Shown: positions 37,367 to 47,639, counted from the stretch's first letter. The stretch: 64,000 bases of DNA from an uncultured bacterium (GCA_964518835.1 CAZFKU010000001.1:19923-83922), one strand, 5' to 3'. Numbers and translations: made by a program. The notes: generated from the letters alone by a model not told the origin.

Positions 37367-40346
37367 TCAATTCAACATTTGCCCTGGGAATGGTCACTTC
37401 TTCATTATTATCAAGAATCACATGTAATACCCGTGTTTTCGTACCGGATTCAAGAATTTGAGGTTCCGGAGGCAATGCGCTTACTTTTCCGATTTGACCA
37501 AAATATGGGTCGCGAATAATACGAACAGGACAGTTTATATCCAAAACTCCTGTTAACCGTTTTTCATCTTTTTTTAATTTTTCAACTTTTTCATCGATAC
37601 GAATAATGATTTCAGGACGAATGACGCCTGCCCTAATCTGAGTGGCTCCGTTTATGGATGCATGAGCATTTTCACTTGATTTAAGTAAATCGAATGTTCG
37701 TTCCGCCATAGCAATATTTCCGAATCCCTCTGTCGTGATAACGGTGATCCCTAATTTTTCCGTACCGGTAATTGCAACACCCAGATCATAACCAAGTATT
37801 TCCTTTAAATCCTGATCATCAATTCCACCAGAGATAATTCCTGCAACTCCTATCTGCTTTGCTTTTTGTACAGCATCTGCAGTCATTCTTCCACCGCCAA
37901 CAATGATTTTTCCCTTTAATTCATCTGTTAATAAATTGTCAGTTAACAATTGGTCAGGGGATGTACACACTGTCTTTAAATCACCAAAAGTTTCCCCACC
38001 AATCCCAAAAATACCCTGTATAAAAGATACTTCTTCTTCGATTATGACACCCTGATTTTTCAAAACCTGAATCACTTTACCGGGAAGAAATCCCTTTACC
38101 TGCACGGGATGAGGCGTCCCCCTCAAAATAACCTGACCTGTAATTTCGGATATTGTTTCTACGGTGCCGGCATGTTTGCTTTGACACGAATTTTTAAACA
38201 TCCCGAATATTCCTTTTGTCTGTGCAAGTGAGTCACCAACAGTTATTTTATCACCGACTTTAACCACCATGCATTCCGGAATGTCTTTTGGAGGCAGGGA
38301 TAATAAATTGGATATATTGATGGGAATCACCTCTCCGGACATAAAGGTTTCTGCTACAACCTGCGTTGCTTCAATACTATCATTTACATTTACCAAAACA
38401 TCTCCCTCCACCGGTAATGTTCTCTTTCGCTTAACTTTAATACTGGGACTGACCGTAAGTCCCGGTGTGTAGGCATGTGCTTTTTTTGATGACTCCTTTT
38501 CTTCAGGTGGTGGTTTTGCCTTTTCTATCTCAGTCTTTTCTGTTTCCGGGTATAACTCTAAACTTTCCACCCAATGTTTCAATACGGATTTATATTGTGA
38601 CTGATCACTTTTAAGATTCAATGGTCTTCCTCTTCCATCCAAAATAAGACCGACCGTTCCGCCCCTTACCGTTTTGGATAATCGTTTTCCCTGTCCGGAA
38701 CCTGCATCAAACCCTTTTACCGGCTCAATAGTTATGTCCGCAGTTTCTCCAATATCAAGAGGTAAAAGTTTTAATTCTCCTGTATTTAAAGTACCGGATT
38801 CATTTAAAGTTTTTCCCCTGACTGTGTAGTTAAAACACGGTTTTCCTGTTTTTCCATTTCCTTTTGGTGATACGACAGTCCCCAGATAGATCAAGCAATC
38901 TCTTTCAAATACTTCCATTGCCGCTTGGGAATGAACCTGAGCAAGAACACCCAAATGAGGCATCATAAAAATACTGTCTTTTGCCAAAGTTGTGATACCT
39001 TCCGGTTGAAACGCATCAATCAGCATCATCGCAGTCTGATGCATTCGTGGAGCATGGGATAAGACTCCACCGGAAGCAACCAGCAGGTTTAACTTCATAT
39101 TGTCAACAATAGATTGTCCTCCGGTTTCCTGACTAAATGTATCGCCAACTGTCCGTTGTTGTTGGACTCCCTTTAACGTTGTTGCGAATTCTTTATGCTG
39201 TTTGTAAGCCAGTCGTAAGGCTTCCCTTGCTACTGCCTGTTCAAATATCAAGGCTTCTTTTGTTTGGGGAATGGTTGTAGGACGGATCATTTTATTTTTC
39301 ACACGATTACGAAGTTCTCGTTCGTCCATATCAATATGAACCCATCTTAAAATATTGGGCATAGTGGCTTCGGCACATACGTTGGAAATAGAATAACTCA
39401 TTCCCAGATTAGCGCTTACCGTACGATTAAAAGTTCCGTCAAATACACTGAAAACGTCTGTAGTTGCACCTCCAATATCCACACCAACAACATTGATTCC
39501 TTGTTTTTTGGCAATGGTCTGAAGAATATTTCCCACTGCCCCCGGTGTAGGCATAATGGGTGCATCTGTCCATTCCATCAGTTTGTTGTATCCAGGCGCA
39601 TGTGCCATAACGTGTTCCAGAAATAAATCATGAATGGCATCCCGTGCCGGTCCCAAGTTCTCCCTTTCAAGAATGGGTCTTAAATTGTCAACAATTGTCA
39701 GCTCATATTCATCTTCAAATAATTTAGAGATATTGTCCCGAGCATTTTTATTCCCGGCATAAATGATTGGTAAATTGTATTGTGAACCAAACCGAGGTTG
39801 TGGTTTTGCCGGAGCTATCAGCTCTGCGATTTCCATTATATGTGTCAGAGTTCCGCCATCTGTTCCGCCGGACAATAACATCATATCAGGACGGAGTTCA
39901 CGGATTCGCTGAATGCGGTCATGAGGTTTCCGCTTGTCATTGGAAGCAATGACATCCATGACGATTGCACCAGCCCCCAAAGCGGCACGTTTGGCACTGG
40001 CTGCCGTCATTTCTGCAATGACTCCAGCAACCATCATTTGCAATCCACCACCGGCGCTGGAAGTGGAAATATAAATATCACATCCGGATTGTTCGGTTGA
40101 TGGTTGAATGATCTTCCCATTTTCATCAACCAATTTTCTTTCAGCCAATTCTGATACTTCCGTTAAAGAGTTCACGACTCCAACGGTTACATCCGCAAAT
40201 GGTTCTTCAACGGAAGTGGGTGCTTCTCCCCTGTGAGTCTGCCTGAACTGACCTTCTATTTTTTGAATCAGGATTGCCTTGGTCGTGGTACTGCCGCAAT
40301 CCGTTGCTAAAATGACATTTATTTTTTCTAAATTTTTGTTACTCAT
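37356..40346 (-). CDS. GlmL/MutL-type (glutamate mutase L-like) ASKHA actin-fold ATPase fused to a barrel-sandwich-hybrid-like C-terminal region
   Basis: Likely start is MSNKNLEK at 40346 (ATGAGTAA overlap with the upstream stop; track start 40403). Phosphate-binding motifs ATDCGSTTTKAIL and VGVDIGGATTDVFSV. The C-terminal ~380 aa carries VVKVGDKITVGDSLAQTKG and GVAGIISGGIDDQDL...TTEGFG. TGA stop at 37356-37358. Confidence 0.7.
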   Translation of the reverse strand: MSNKNLEKINVILATDCGSTTTKAILIQKIEGQFRQTHRGEAPTSVEEPFADVTVGVVNSLTEVSELAERKLVDENGKIIQPSTEQSGCDIYISTSSAGGGLQMMVAGVIAEMTAASAKRAALGAGAIVMDVIASNDKRKPHDRIQRIRELRPDMMLLSGGTDGGTLTHIMEIAELIAPAKPQPRFGSQYNLPIIYAGNKNARDNISKLFEDEYELTIVDNLRPILERENLGPARDAIHDLFLEHVMAHAPGYNKLMEWTDAPIMPTPGAVGNILQTIAKKQGINVVGVDIGGATTDVFSVFDGTFNRTVSANLGMSYSISNVCAEATMPNILRWVHIDMDERELRNRVKNKMIRPTTIPQTKEALIFEQAVAREALRLAYKQHKEFATTLKGVQQQRTVGDTFSQETGGQSIVDNMKLNLLVASGGVLSHAPRMHQTAMMLIDAFQPEGITTLAKDSIFMMPHLGVLAQVHSQAAMEVFERDCLIYLGTVVSPKGNGKTGKPCFNYTVRGKTLNESGTLNTGELKLLPLDIGETADITIEPVKGFDAGSGQGKRLSKTVRGGTVGLILDGRGRPLNLKSDQSQYKSVLKHWVESLELYPETEKTEIEKAKPPPEEKESSKKAHAYTPGLTVSPSIKVKRKRTLPVEGDVLVNVNDSIEATQVVAETFMSGEVIPINISNLLSLPPKDIPECMVVKVGDKITVGDSLAQTKGIFGMFKNSCQSKHAGTVETISEITGQVILRGTPHPVQVKGFLPGKVIQVLKNQGVIIEEEVSFIQGIFGIGGETFGDLKTVCTSPDQLLTDNLLTDELKGKIIVGGGRMTADAVQKAKQIGVAGIISGGIDDQDLKEILGYDLGVAITGTEKLGITVITTEGFGNIAMAERTFDLLKSSENAHASINGATQIRAGVIRPEIIIRIDEKVEKLKKDEKRLTGVLDINCPVRIIRDPYFGQIGKVSALPPEPQILESGTKTRVLHVILDNNEEVTIPRANVELIES

Positions 40347-40695
40347 TCTCCCCACTTTTATTTTTAGGTTTCTGATTTTCAAATTCCTTTTCATAAAACT
40401 CAATTCTTTTGAATAAATAATCTATACTGTTTCGGGATTCTAAGAATTTAGAAAATTGTTGATAACCATCAGCATTCACAACAGCGGAAATAAATGGGTG
40501 AAAGAAGTGCATTATTTGGGAACCAATATAATTTAAAGGACGAAAGGACTCCAGAAATATGAGTGCAGGAGTTGTTAAATGTCTTCGTGCAATTTCACGG
40601 CAAACCTTATCCACAATGGTTTTCTGCTCTTCAGTGAAAACTGCATCCGTTTCTGATTGAATTGCAAACGCATGTTTTAATGCACCCAATTTCAT
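40339..40695 (-). CDS. hypothetical small protein (operon member)
   Basis: 118 aa with no recognised motif. The start overlaps the upstream stop by 4 nt, and the stop overlaps the ATPase start by 8 nt. Confidence 0.5.
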   Translation of the reverse strand: MKLGALKHAFAIQSETDAVFTEEQKTIVDKVCREIARRHLTTPALIFLESFRPLNYIGSQIMHFFHPFISAVVNADGYQQFSKFLESRNSIDYLFKRIEFYEKEFENQKPKNKSGENE

Positions 40696-41120
40696 TTGGC
40701 TTTATTCATCTTTGATTCAATTGTCCGAATCACATTATCTGCATTGTTTTCAAATTGCAATTCCAATCCGGTAAAATGATCCAAAAAGGACTTTTCAGAT
40801 CGGCGGTACAGAATACCTCCCCTTTTGTTTTTGGAAAACCGTTTTACTTCTGACCAATCCCTGAATATTTCACCCAAAATATACTTTTTCTTAATTCCTT
40901 TATTTGAAACTGAATAATGAACCGGAAAATAAAATTGTTTAAGGGAAAAAATTAAGATAATTACAGAAAATATTGACCAATATAAACTTTGAAAACTAAT
41001 AAACACAATGTAACCAAAAAATAGGATGATGATTCCTGAAAATATTGTCTTTTTTTTATAAAGAATCGCAGGATGACTTGTCCATGATATTTCCATGATT
41101 TCTGGGTTCTGGCATTCCAT
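40692..41120 (-). CDS. hypothetical two-TM membrane protein (operon member)
   Basis: A hydrophobic hairpin FSGIIILFFGYIVFISF / WSIFSVIILIFSL is followed by a soluble tail of about 70 aa. The ATG at 41120 lies 1 nt after the cdsA stop (the track start at 41141 is also possible). Confidence 0.5.
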   Translation of the reverse strand: MECQNPEIMEISWTSHPAILYKKKTIFSGIIILFFGYIVFISFQSLYWSIFSVIILIFSLKQFYFPVHYSVSNKGIKKKYILGEIFRDWSEVKRFSKNKRGGILYRRSEKSFLDHFTGLELQFENNADNVIRTIESKMNKAK

Positions 41121-41121
41121 T

Positions 41122-41946
41122 TTAATATCCTGCGGATACAAAGAAATAGATATAAAAATAAGTTAAGGGACTCGCAAACATGAGTGAATCAAATCTGTCA
41201 AGAACACCGCCATGACCTAACAGGAGGGTTCCAGAGTCTTTTACTCCCGCATTTCGTTTCAGCAGAGATTCTGCAAAATCGCCGGCCTGACCAAAAAATC
41301 CTGAAATTATTGCAAGAATGCACATTTCCTCACCGGTGACATCAAGCAATTGAAAATATTTTGCAATTCCATACACTATAAAACTGCTGATGAGTCCGGC
41401 TATACATCCAATCCATGACTTTTTGGGACTGATGGAAGGCAGTATTTTTTTCTTTCCCCATTTGCTTCCAAAATAAAAAGCAGCGGAATCACAACTCCAA
41501 ATGGACAGTACCATCGTTAAGGTAAAATATGTTGAGTGAACTGTATCAAAATTACGCAGTCCAATCAGGGTGCTTAGTAAAGCACCAACATAAAATATGC
41601 AGAAAAAGTTCAGTGCTAAATTTTGAGTGGGATTTGATGATTGGTAAAATATTTCCAGGAAAAAACTTAAGATTACGAACAACCCAAGAAAAAGTAAGAT
41701 GTGGAACGAAGATAAATTTGGAAGAAAATAGAAAAAATAACAAAATCCCAGTCCTCCGGAAAATGTTAACCACTTTAATAGACTTTGAGAATCAACAATG
41801 GTCATGACTAAAAATTCCCTTGTCGCCAGAATAATGACAACGGCAATAAAAATCCCGAAGAGTGGTCCGCCCATCCAGAGAAGAGCAAGAATTCCGGGAA
41901 TTCCTAAAAGATTTACAAAAGTTCTATTGCTTGATTTGATTGACAT
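41122..41946 (-). CDS. cdsA: phosphatidate cytidylyltransferase (CDP-diglyceride synthase)
   Basis: 274 aa, polytopic. C-terminal signature SPKKSWIGCIAG...GDFAESLLKRNAGVKDSGTLLLGHGGVLDRFDS. Confidence 0.9.
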   Translation of the reverse strand: MSIKSSNRTFVNLLGIPGILALLWMGGPLFGIFIAVVIILATREFLVMTIVDSQSLLKWLTFSGGLGFCYFFYFLPNLSSFHILLFLGLFVILSFFLEIFYQSSNPTQNLALNFFCIFYVGALLSTLIGLRNFDTVHSTYFTLTMVLSIWSCDSAAFYFGSKWGKKKILPSISPKKSWIGCIAGLISSFIVYGIAKYFQLLDVTGEEMCILAIISGFFGQAGDFAESLLKRNAGVKDSGTLLLGHGGVLDRFDSLMFASPLTYFYIYFFVSAGY

Positions 41947-42034
41947 TTGTTAAAAAATTAGTCGGGAAGGTACTGAATTTTGCGGATGAATTAAAAAGGA
42001 TGATTAACCAATTTATATTATCATTATTGGATTG

Positions 42035-42919
42035 TCATACCAACACCTCAATCTCTTTTTCCATTACCTCAACTTTTACTGGTGTGCTTCCCAGCATTTC
42101 ACCATCAATATTTAATGTGTTTCGATCTTCGGGAAAAATAGAAAATTTCTTTACCTGACGGTATTCCACAATAGGATCAGCGATATGCTTGCCGGTGAAT
42201 ACTTTTGGAAACATACGCAGGAGTTTCAATCTTCCTGCTTTTCGGACTATAATAAGGTCAATGAGACCGTCATCCAATTGGGCTAAAGGAGCCATTTTCA
42301 TTCCTTTTCCTGTGTACATTGTATTACAACCCATTACAAAACCAAAATCAGCAACGGTAATCCTTCCGTCAATTTCTATCCGTGCAAGCCGGGTTTTAAA
42401 TTTCAAAACTTCAAGAATAGATGCAATATTGTAACGCTGCCCGCCTAACCATCGCATTTTTTCAGCCAAAAGGTTTATATCCGTGGGCATTCCCCAGCCT
42501 ACAATATTGAATCCGTAATACGGTCCTCCTTCTGCCTCTGCCTTAAAAATATCAATTTTCCTTACTCGTTTAGTTAGAATCCTTTGGACAGCTTCTACAG
42601 GGTCCAGGCAATTCACATCGTGCATGAAAGAATTTCCTGTTCCACCGGTTATAAGGCCAATGGGAATCCGCATCCCGTCAGAACGGGTCATTAATCCATT
42701 TATCATTTCGTGCAGAGTTCCGTCACCGCCGATAGCGCAAAGTCCTGAATATTCTGATAATGGAACTTCTTTTGAAATATCCCGGGAATGTCCGGCATAT
42801 TCCGTTTCAATGATATTCAACTCAGCGTTAGCTTCCTCAAAATAAGGCTTCACTTTTTCAAGTATTTTTAAACCGGTTTTTACTCCGCCATGTGGATTTA
42901 TAATTAAGTGATATTTCAC
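42035..42919 (-). CDS. diacylglycerol/lipid kinase family protein (YegS/BmrU-like)
   Basis: 294 aa. It has the GGDGTLHEMINGL and PIGLITGGTGNSF motifs of the DAGK catalytic domain. Confidence 0.85.
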   Translation of the reverse strand: MKYHLIINPHGGVKTGLKILEKVKPYFEEANAELNIIETEYAGHSRDISKEVPLSEYSGLCAIGGDGTLHEMINGLMTRSDGMRIPIGLITGGTGNSFMHDVNCLDPVEAVQRILTKRVRKIDIFKAEAEGGPYYGFNIVGWGMPTDINLLAEKMRWLGGQRYNIASILEVLKFKTRLARIEIDGRITVADFGFVMGCNTMYTGKGMKMAPLAQLDDGLIDLIIVRKAGRLKLLRMFPKVFTGKHIADPIVEYRQVKKFSIFPEDRNTLNIDGEMLGSTPVKVEVMEKEIEVLV

Positions 42920-42925
42920 TGTCAG

Positions 42926-43387
42926 TTATTTATGTTTCATATATTGATTGTCACCCCATTCGATGACCTCAATTTTTACTTCGGTAATTCCTTGATTTAA
43001 AAAGTCAAGTTTCAGCGCTGCTCCATACGAACAATCTAAAATTCTATTTCCAACGAAGGGACCTCGATCATTTACCCTTAAAATAAGGGATTTGTCATTT
43101 GCCTTGTTTGTTACCCTTATGATTGTATTCAACGGTAATGTTTTATGAGCTGCTGTTAATCCATACATATCGAACACCTCGCCATTAGCTGTGAGTTTTC
43201 CGTGAAAATCCTTTCCATAATAAGAACTTGTTCCGTAAAAAACTTTCTGATTTTTTTTGGGTTTTGTATTTTTAGTGGATTGTCCCGGTCTTGGTTTATT
43301 GCGATTGTAACGGGGTGAATTTGAACAGGAATGAATCATGATTACCATGACAAATAAAAAATATATAATTTGTTGATAATTTTTCAT
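42926..43387 (-). CDS. rlpA: septal ring lytic transglycosylase RlpA family protein (DPBB domain)
   Basis: 153 aa. Lipoprotein-like N-terminus, then GTSSYYGKDFHGKLTANGEVFD...LTAAHKTLPLNTIIRVTN...LRVNDRGPF. Confidence 0.85.
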   Translation of the reverse strand: MKNYQQIIYFLFVMVIMIHSCSNSPRYNRNKPRPGQSTKNTKPKKNQKVFYGTSSYYGKDFHGKLTANGEVFDMYGLTAAHKTLPLNTIIRVTNKANDKSLILRVNDRGPFVGNRILDCSYGAALKLDFLNQGITEVKIEVIEWGDNQYMKHK

Positions 43388-43395
43388 TAAATCTA

Positions 43396-44307
43396 TCAGA
43401 CAACTTTTCCCACAATTTCTGTAATTGAAGAGTAATTATTTTTTTCAAGATAGGATTTTAGATCATCAATGATGGATTCTGCAATTCCGGGATCCCTATA
43501 ATTTGCAGTTCCTACCTGCACTGCAGAAGCTCCTGCAATCATATATTCCAATACATCTTCACCGTTTGTAATTCCACCAATTCCGATAATGGGAATTTTT
43601 ATCGTTTGAAATAACTTATACACCGATGCAATACCAATAGGACGTATTGCAGGACCGGAAAGACCTGAATATTTAGTGAATACATTACTTTTTCGAGTGT
43701 GAATATCAATACTCATACCCACAATTGTGTTGATAGCAGAAACTGCATCTGCACCTGCATTTTCAGCGGATTTGGCTATTTCTACTATATCTGTAACATT
43801 TGGACTCAATTTAATGATTAAAAGCCGCTCCGTTAGAGCTCTCAGTTTTTCTGTCAACTCCTGAGTCAGATCACAATTGACACCAAATTCCATACCTCCT
43901 TTCTTTATATTAGGACATGAAATGTTTACTTCATATCCAATAATATCAGAAGATACTGACTCTATTATTTTGAGTATTTCTGTATATTCACTCATGGTAC
44001 TTCCCGCAATATTCATAATGATATGGGTCCCCATAGATGAATACATCGGAATTTTTTCCTCAATGTATTGATCCACTCCAATGTTTGCTAAACCGATGGA
44101 ATTCAGCATACCCGATGGGGTTTCTACAATTCTGGGTGGAGGGTTACCTTCCCTGGGATGAAGAGTAATTGATTTTGTGACAATACCACCTAATTTTGAA
44201 ACATCGGTGATAGAATCAACCTCTGTACCGTAGCCAAAAGTTCCTGATGCAGTGAGGACGGGATTTTTAAATTTAATATTTCCGATTTTTACAGATAAAT
44301 CAGTCAA
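43396..44307 (-). CDS. pyrD: dihydroorotate dehydrogenase, class 1B catalytic subunit
   Basis: 303 aa. It has NPVLTASGTFGYG, GGIVTKSITL.PREGNPPPRI and GMLNSIGLAN. It is adjacent to, and overlaps, pyrK. Confidence 0.93.
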   Translation of the reverse strand: MTDLSVKIGNIKFKNPVLTASGTFGYGTEVDSITDVSKLGGIVTKSITLHPREGNPPPRIVETPSGMLNSIGLANIGVDQYIEEKIPMYSSMGTHIIMNIAGSTMSEYTEILKIIESVSSDIIGYEVNISCPNIKKGGMEFGVNCDLTQELTEKLRALTERLLIIKLSPNVTDIVEIAKSAENAGADAVSAINTIVGMSIDIHTRKSNVFTKYSGLSGPAIRPIGIASVYKLFQTIKIPIIGIGGITNGEDVLEYMIAGASAVQVGTANYRDPGIAESIIDDLKSYLEKNNYSSITEIVGKVV

Positions 44308-45091
44308 AAATTATATCTCCGGCATTGTACACTGGACCATCAATGCAAACCAGTGAATAGTGTTCATGGTAGCTGTGCTCTTTTTTGTTGTTATTTTGCC
44401 GTAAAATCACGCAACCCTGGCATATCCCTACTCCACATCCCATATAGCTTTCCACGGCTAATTGAGCCGGAATACTATTCCTTGTGACATAGGACTGTAC
44501 TTCTTTCAACATGGGTTCTGGTCCGCAGGCAAACACTTCCGGTATTTTTCTTTCATTTTCACAGAGTTCCACCAGAGTTATCATAACCGTTCCCTTGGTT
44601 CCGAGTGAACCATCATCTGTTGTTAAATAAATGTGTTTATCCGGTTCATGCGCATGAATATGTTCATCCTTGGTTCTTGCTCCAATGATAAGATATGTGT
44701 TTTCGGTGTTTCCATTAAATTGATTCCACAGGTTCACAATGGGAGCAAGACCTACTCCTCCCCCTACCAAAATGCGTGTGTGGTTGGAATCTAAGTTAAA
44801 AATATTCCCTAAGGGACCCAGTATATTGATTGTTTCCCCAGGTATTTTTTTAGATAAAATTGATGTACCTGTACCAAATATTTTATATATAATAGACATG
44901 GTGTTCTCATTACATCCGGCAATACTCATGGGACGGCGTAATGGATATTCCCACCCTGATTCAATCTGAATTTGAATAAATTGTCCTACTCCGTTATATT
45001 TGGAGGAAATTTCAGGAGCATAAAATTCCATTTTCCAGATTCCGGTGGCGATCTCTCTATTTTTTGTAATGGTTACATTTTCAAAAATCAT
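44300..45091 (-). CDS. pyrK: dihydroorotate dehydrogenase electron-transfer subunit
   Basis: 263 aa. FAD/NAD-binding fold (RRPMSIAG, LVGGGVGLAP, ACGPEPM) and a C-terminal Cys cluster CGVGICQGC...C for a [2Fe-2S] centre. Confidence 0.88.
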   Translation of the reverse strand: MIFENVTITKNREIATGIWKMEFYAPEISSKYNGVGQFIQIQIESGWEYPLRRPMSIAGCNENTMSIIYKIFGTGTSILSKKIPGETINILGPLGNIFNLDSNHTRILVGGGVGLAPIVNLWNQFNGNTENTYLIIGARTKDEHIHAHEPDKHIYLTTDDGSLGTKGTVMITLVELCENERKIPEVFACGPEPMLKEVQSYVTRNSIPAQLAVESYMGCGVGICQGCVILRQNNNKKEHSYHEHYSLVCIDGPVYNAGDIIFD

Positions 45092-46973
45092 CTGGATAAG
45101 GTGACTTCTTTTTTTTCAGCGAATCACTTTTCAGGGTTGATGCCCTAGGCATTGAAATTTGAACTGAATCAATCTTAACAGGCTCTGTTATCAGTGAATC
45201 TGGGACGGATATTTGTGTAGAATCCAAAGTCTCTGTAGAATCTGGTGGAGCCAATAGTGATTTTATCTGGTTCATTCTGGGTTTTGATAGGGTTGCTTGT
45301 TCGCTGTCAGGAAAATATGATTGCACCCAGGTGTAATATTTTAAGGCACTGTCAGGATTAATGAGAGAGTAATCGTATTGATATCCCAGAAAATAACCGG
45401 ATTTCAGGGCAAAATCACTGGAAGTATCTGATTTCACAACCAAACGCAATGTATCCAAGGCATTTCCCTGATGATCTGAGTACCATAAATATTCTGCTGA
45501 TAAAAATAATTTTTCGGATTCGGATTGTTTTTTACCCCATCCTAAATTGTTTCTTACAGCTTCAGCAAATTCAGTGTCGGGAAAATCTAATGTTAAAATA
45601 CTTCCCATTGAATCTGCAGCAATTGAATCCCCTTTTGAATTGTGAAGAAAATAGAGCATATACAACGCTTTTGGATAAAGCTCATGGTTGGAAAATTCTT
45701 TTATAAAAATATTCAAATGAACCACTGCTGAATCTGGTTTTTTAAATCGAAATGCTTCCAACTCAGATAAAAGTATTAAATTTTTCGCCGCTTCTTCATT
45801 TTTTAAAATTTGTACATGTTTTGTCCTCTCCTCGTCCCTATCCCCTATTGTCAAAGTATCGGTATCCTGCATGACGGTATCATCAAAGGTAAAAACAAGT
45901 TTTTCTGCAGAAATATATTGGTCAATATATTTGATCATTTCTTGTGATTCTTTTACTACCGGTGATTTACGGTTTTCCTTATTAGATTTTTCAAAATATT
46001 CTTTGGCTACATTCAGGTTCCAGGAATCCTTAATGGATTTTCGTCCCAGCATAAAATAAGCTTCCGCTGCTACTTCTGTGGAGGAATAGTCTTTAACGAT
46101 TGATTTAAGTCTCTCAACAGCCGCATCACTTTCATTTTTCAGATCGTAAATTCGAACCAATTCCAGTTCCAGCGCTCCAAATAATTCCCTGAATTCCTCA
46201 TCGATGAGGAGGCTTTTTATTTTTTTCACTGCTGTGTCATAATTTCCTGTCAGTCTATGGATTTTAGCCGTTTGTAAATGGGCATCCAGTTTCAGTTTTT
46301 TTACGAGGGAATTTTTAATCACCTGCTCATAAGCATTCAGGGCTCTTTCATATTCTTCCCTGCTAAATGCCAATTCAGATAATCTTTGATAAATACGCCC
46401 TTTTTCCTTGCGGTCAACTGTTTTATCCGCTGCGGTTTCTAGATGACCCAATGCAGTTTCAATATCTTTCAATTCAATATAAATATCTGCTAAATACAGA
46501 TGAATCAACGTTGATGTGATAGAAATGTGTTCTTCATTCAGCAAGTTACTCAATTGATCAATTGCCGTCTGTATTTTCCCCTTTTTCCATTTTATAAGCG
46601 CTATCCAGAATTTCGCCTGCTGTTGGAAATCAAGAACTTCTGAAGTTACCAATTGCTTCATTTTAGATTCAGCAGAATTATATTCTTCTTTGTGGTAATG
46701 AGCCTGACCGGATAACAACAGAGCGGGAAAAACATAGTCGCTTTCGGGATATTTTTCTAAAACAAGGTCACATTTTTCGATTACATTGGTATAAGCAGTC
46801 TGGGCATTAGCTGGTAAAGACCTATCTTCATTTTCAAGCCGAATCTTTTCCGCATCCCTAAAGTATTTTTTCGCATTGTAAAATGTATTATAATAAACGC
46901 AGGAAGTAGTGACGGATAAAAGTGCAATAATTAAAGTTTGCCACACTGCAATGTGTTTAAAAAAGATTCTCAT
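45081..46973 (-). CDS. tetratricopeptide repeat protein
   Basis: 630 aa: an N-terminal anchor and many TPR-like A..Y..A/L helical repeats. No catalytic motif. Confidence 0.7.
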   Translation of the reverse strand: MRIFFKHIAVWQTLIIALLSVTTSCVYYNTFYNAKKYFRDAEKIRLENEDRSLPANAQTAYTNVIEKCDLVLEKYPESDYVFPALLLSGQAHYHKEEYNSAESKMKQLVTSEVLDFQQQAKFWIALIKWKKGKIQTAIDQLSNLLNEEHISITSTLIHLYLADIYIELKDIETALGHLETAADKTVDRKEKGRIYQRLSELAFSREEYERALNAYEQVIKNSLVKKLKLDAHLQTAKIHRLTGNYDTAVKKIKSLLIDEEFRELFGALELELVRIYDLKNESDAAVERLKSIVKDYSSTEVAAEAYFMLGRKSIKDSWNLNVAKEYFEKSNKENRKSPVVKESQEMIKYIDQYISAEKLVFTFDDTVMQDTDTLTIGDRDEERTKHVQILKNEEAAKNLILLSELEAFRFKKPDSAVVHLNIFIKEFSNHELYPKALYMLYFLHNSKGDSIAADSMGSILTLDFPDTEFAEAVRNNLGWGKKQSESEKLFLSAEYLWYSDHQGNALDTLRLVVKSDTSSDFALKSGYFLGYQYDYSLINPDSALKYYTWVQSYFPDSEQATLSKPRMNQIKSLLAPPDSTETLDSTQISVPDSLITEPVKIDSVQISMPRASTLKSDSLKKKKSPYPDDF

Positions 46974-46988
46974 GAGGGATAGAATTTA

Positions 46989-47231
46989 ATGGAATATCAG
47001 TTGTCCTTTAATGGGATTTTCTCTCTAAATTTGTTCATGAATGAATCACAAAATTTAGATAATCCCATAAAATTCAAACCGGATTATGTCTGGCCTGAAA
47101 AAGGAACTGAGAGAAACTGTCCCCGTTGTGAAACTCCCCTGCAATTAAATGAAAACCGAAGGGATTATTACGGAAAACCCTGGTGGTGCGGACCCTGCCA
47201 ATGGCAGTTTTCTGAGGATGATTTTTCCTGA
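46989..47231 (+). CDS. small zinc-ribbon-like hypothetical protein
   Basis: CPRC...CGPC pairs (NCPRCETPL...WWCGPCQW). The start is uncertain (ATG at 46989 or the internal MNESQ). Confidence 0.35.
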   Translation: MEYQLSFNGIFSLNLFMNESQNLDNPIKFKPDYVWPEKGTERNCPRCETPLQLNENRRDYYGKPWWCGPCQWQFSEDDFS

Positions 47232-47249
47232 TTAACTAAAGTGAAAATG

Positions 47250-47639
47250 TCAAGATCGTACTGTTTTCTGGAGAACTCCCTTGAGTCCATTTATGATCCA
47301 GTTAATGACTGCTGCATCATCCAGTAAACCGTAAACCGGAATTGAATCCGGTATTTCATCATCCACATCAGAAAAATATTCCATAGCAAATAATACTTTT
47401 TTCTGGATATCCTCATCCATTTCCGGATTGTCTTCCAGTAATTTATAGAGGTGAATCAGATCGTTAACCAATTGAACCTGGATTGAATTAAGCGAACCCT
47501 TTTGAAGAAAAGAATTGAGTTTTTGAGGGACAGTATTCATTAACTCTTTTTTTCTGGATAGATCAAAGTTTTTTATTTGATCAAGATATTTCAGTTTATC
47601 CTCCTTTGTGAGAGAAAATGTATTACTCTGTTGGTTCAT
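47250..47639 (-). CDS. DUF1232 (YkvA-like) domain protein
   Basis: 129 aa. EIPDSIPVYGLLDDAAVINWII matches the DUF1232 core motif. The start abuts the stop of the upstream cargo gene. Confidence 0.65.
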   Translation of the reverse strand: MNQQSNTFSLTKEDKLKYLDQIKNFDLSRKKELMNTVPQKLNSFLQKGSLNSIQVQLVNDLIHLYKLLEDNPEMDEDIQKKVLFAMEYFSDVDDEIPDSIPVYGLLDDAAVINWIINGLKGVLQKTVRS

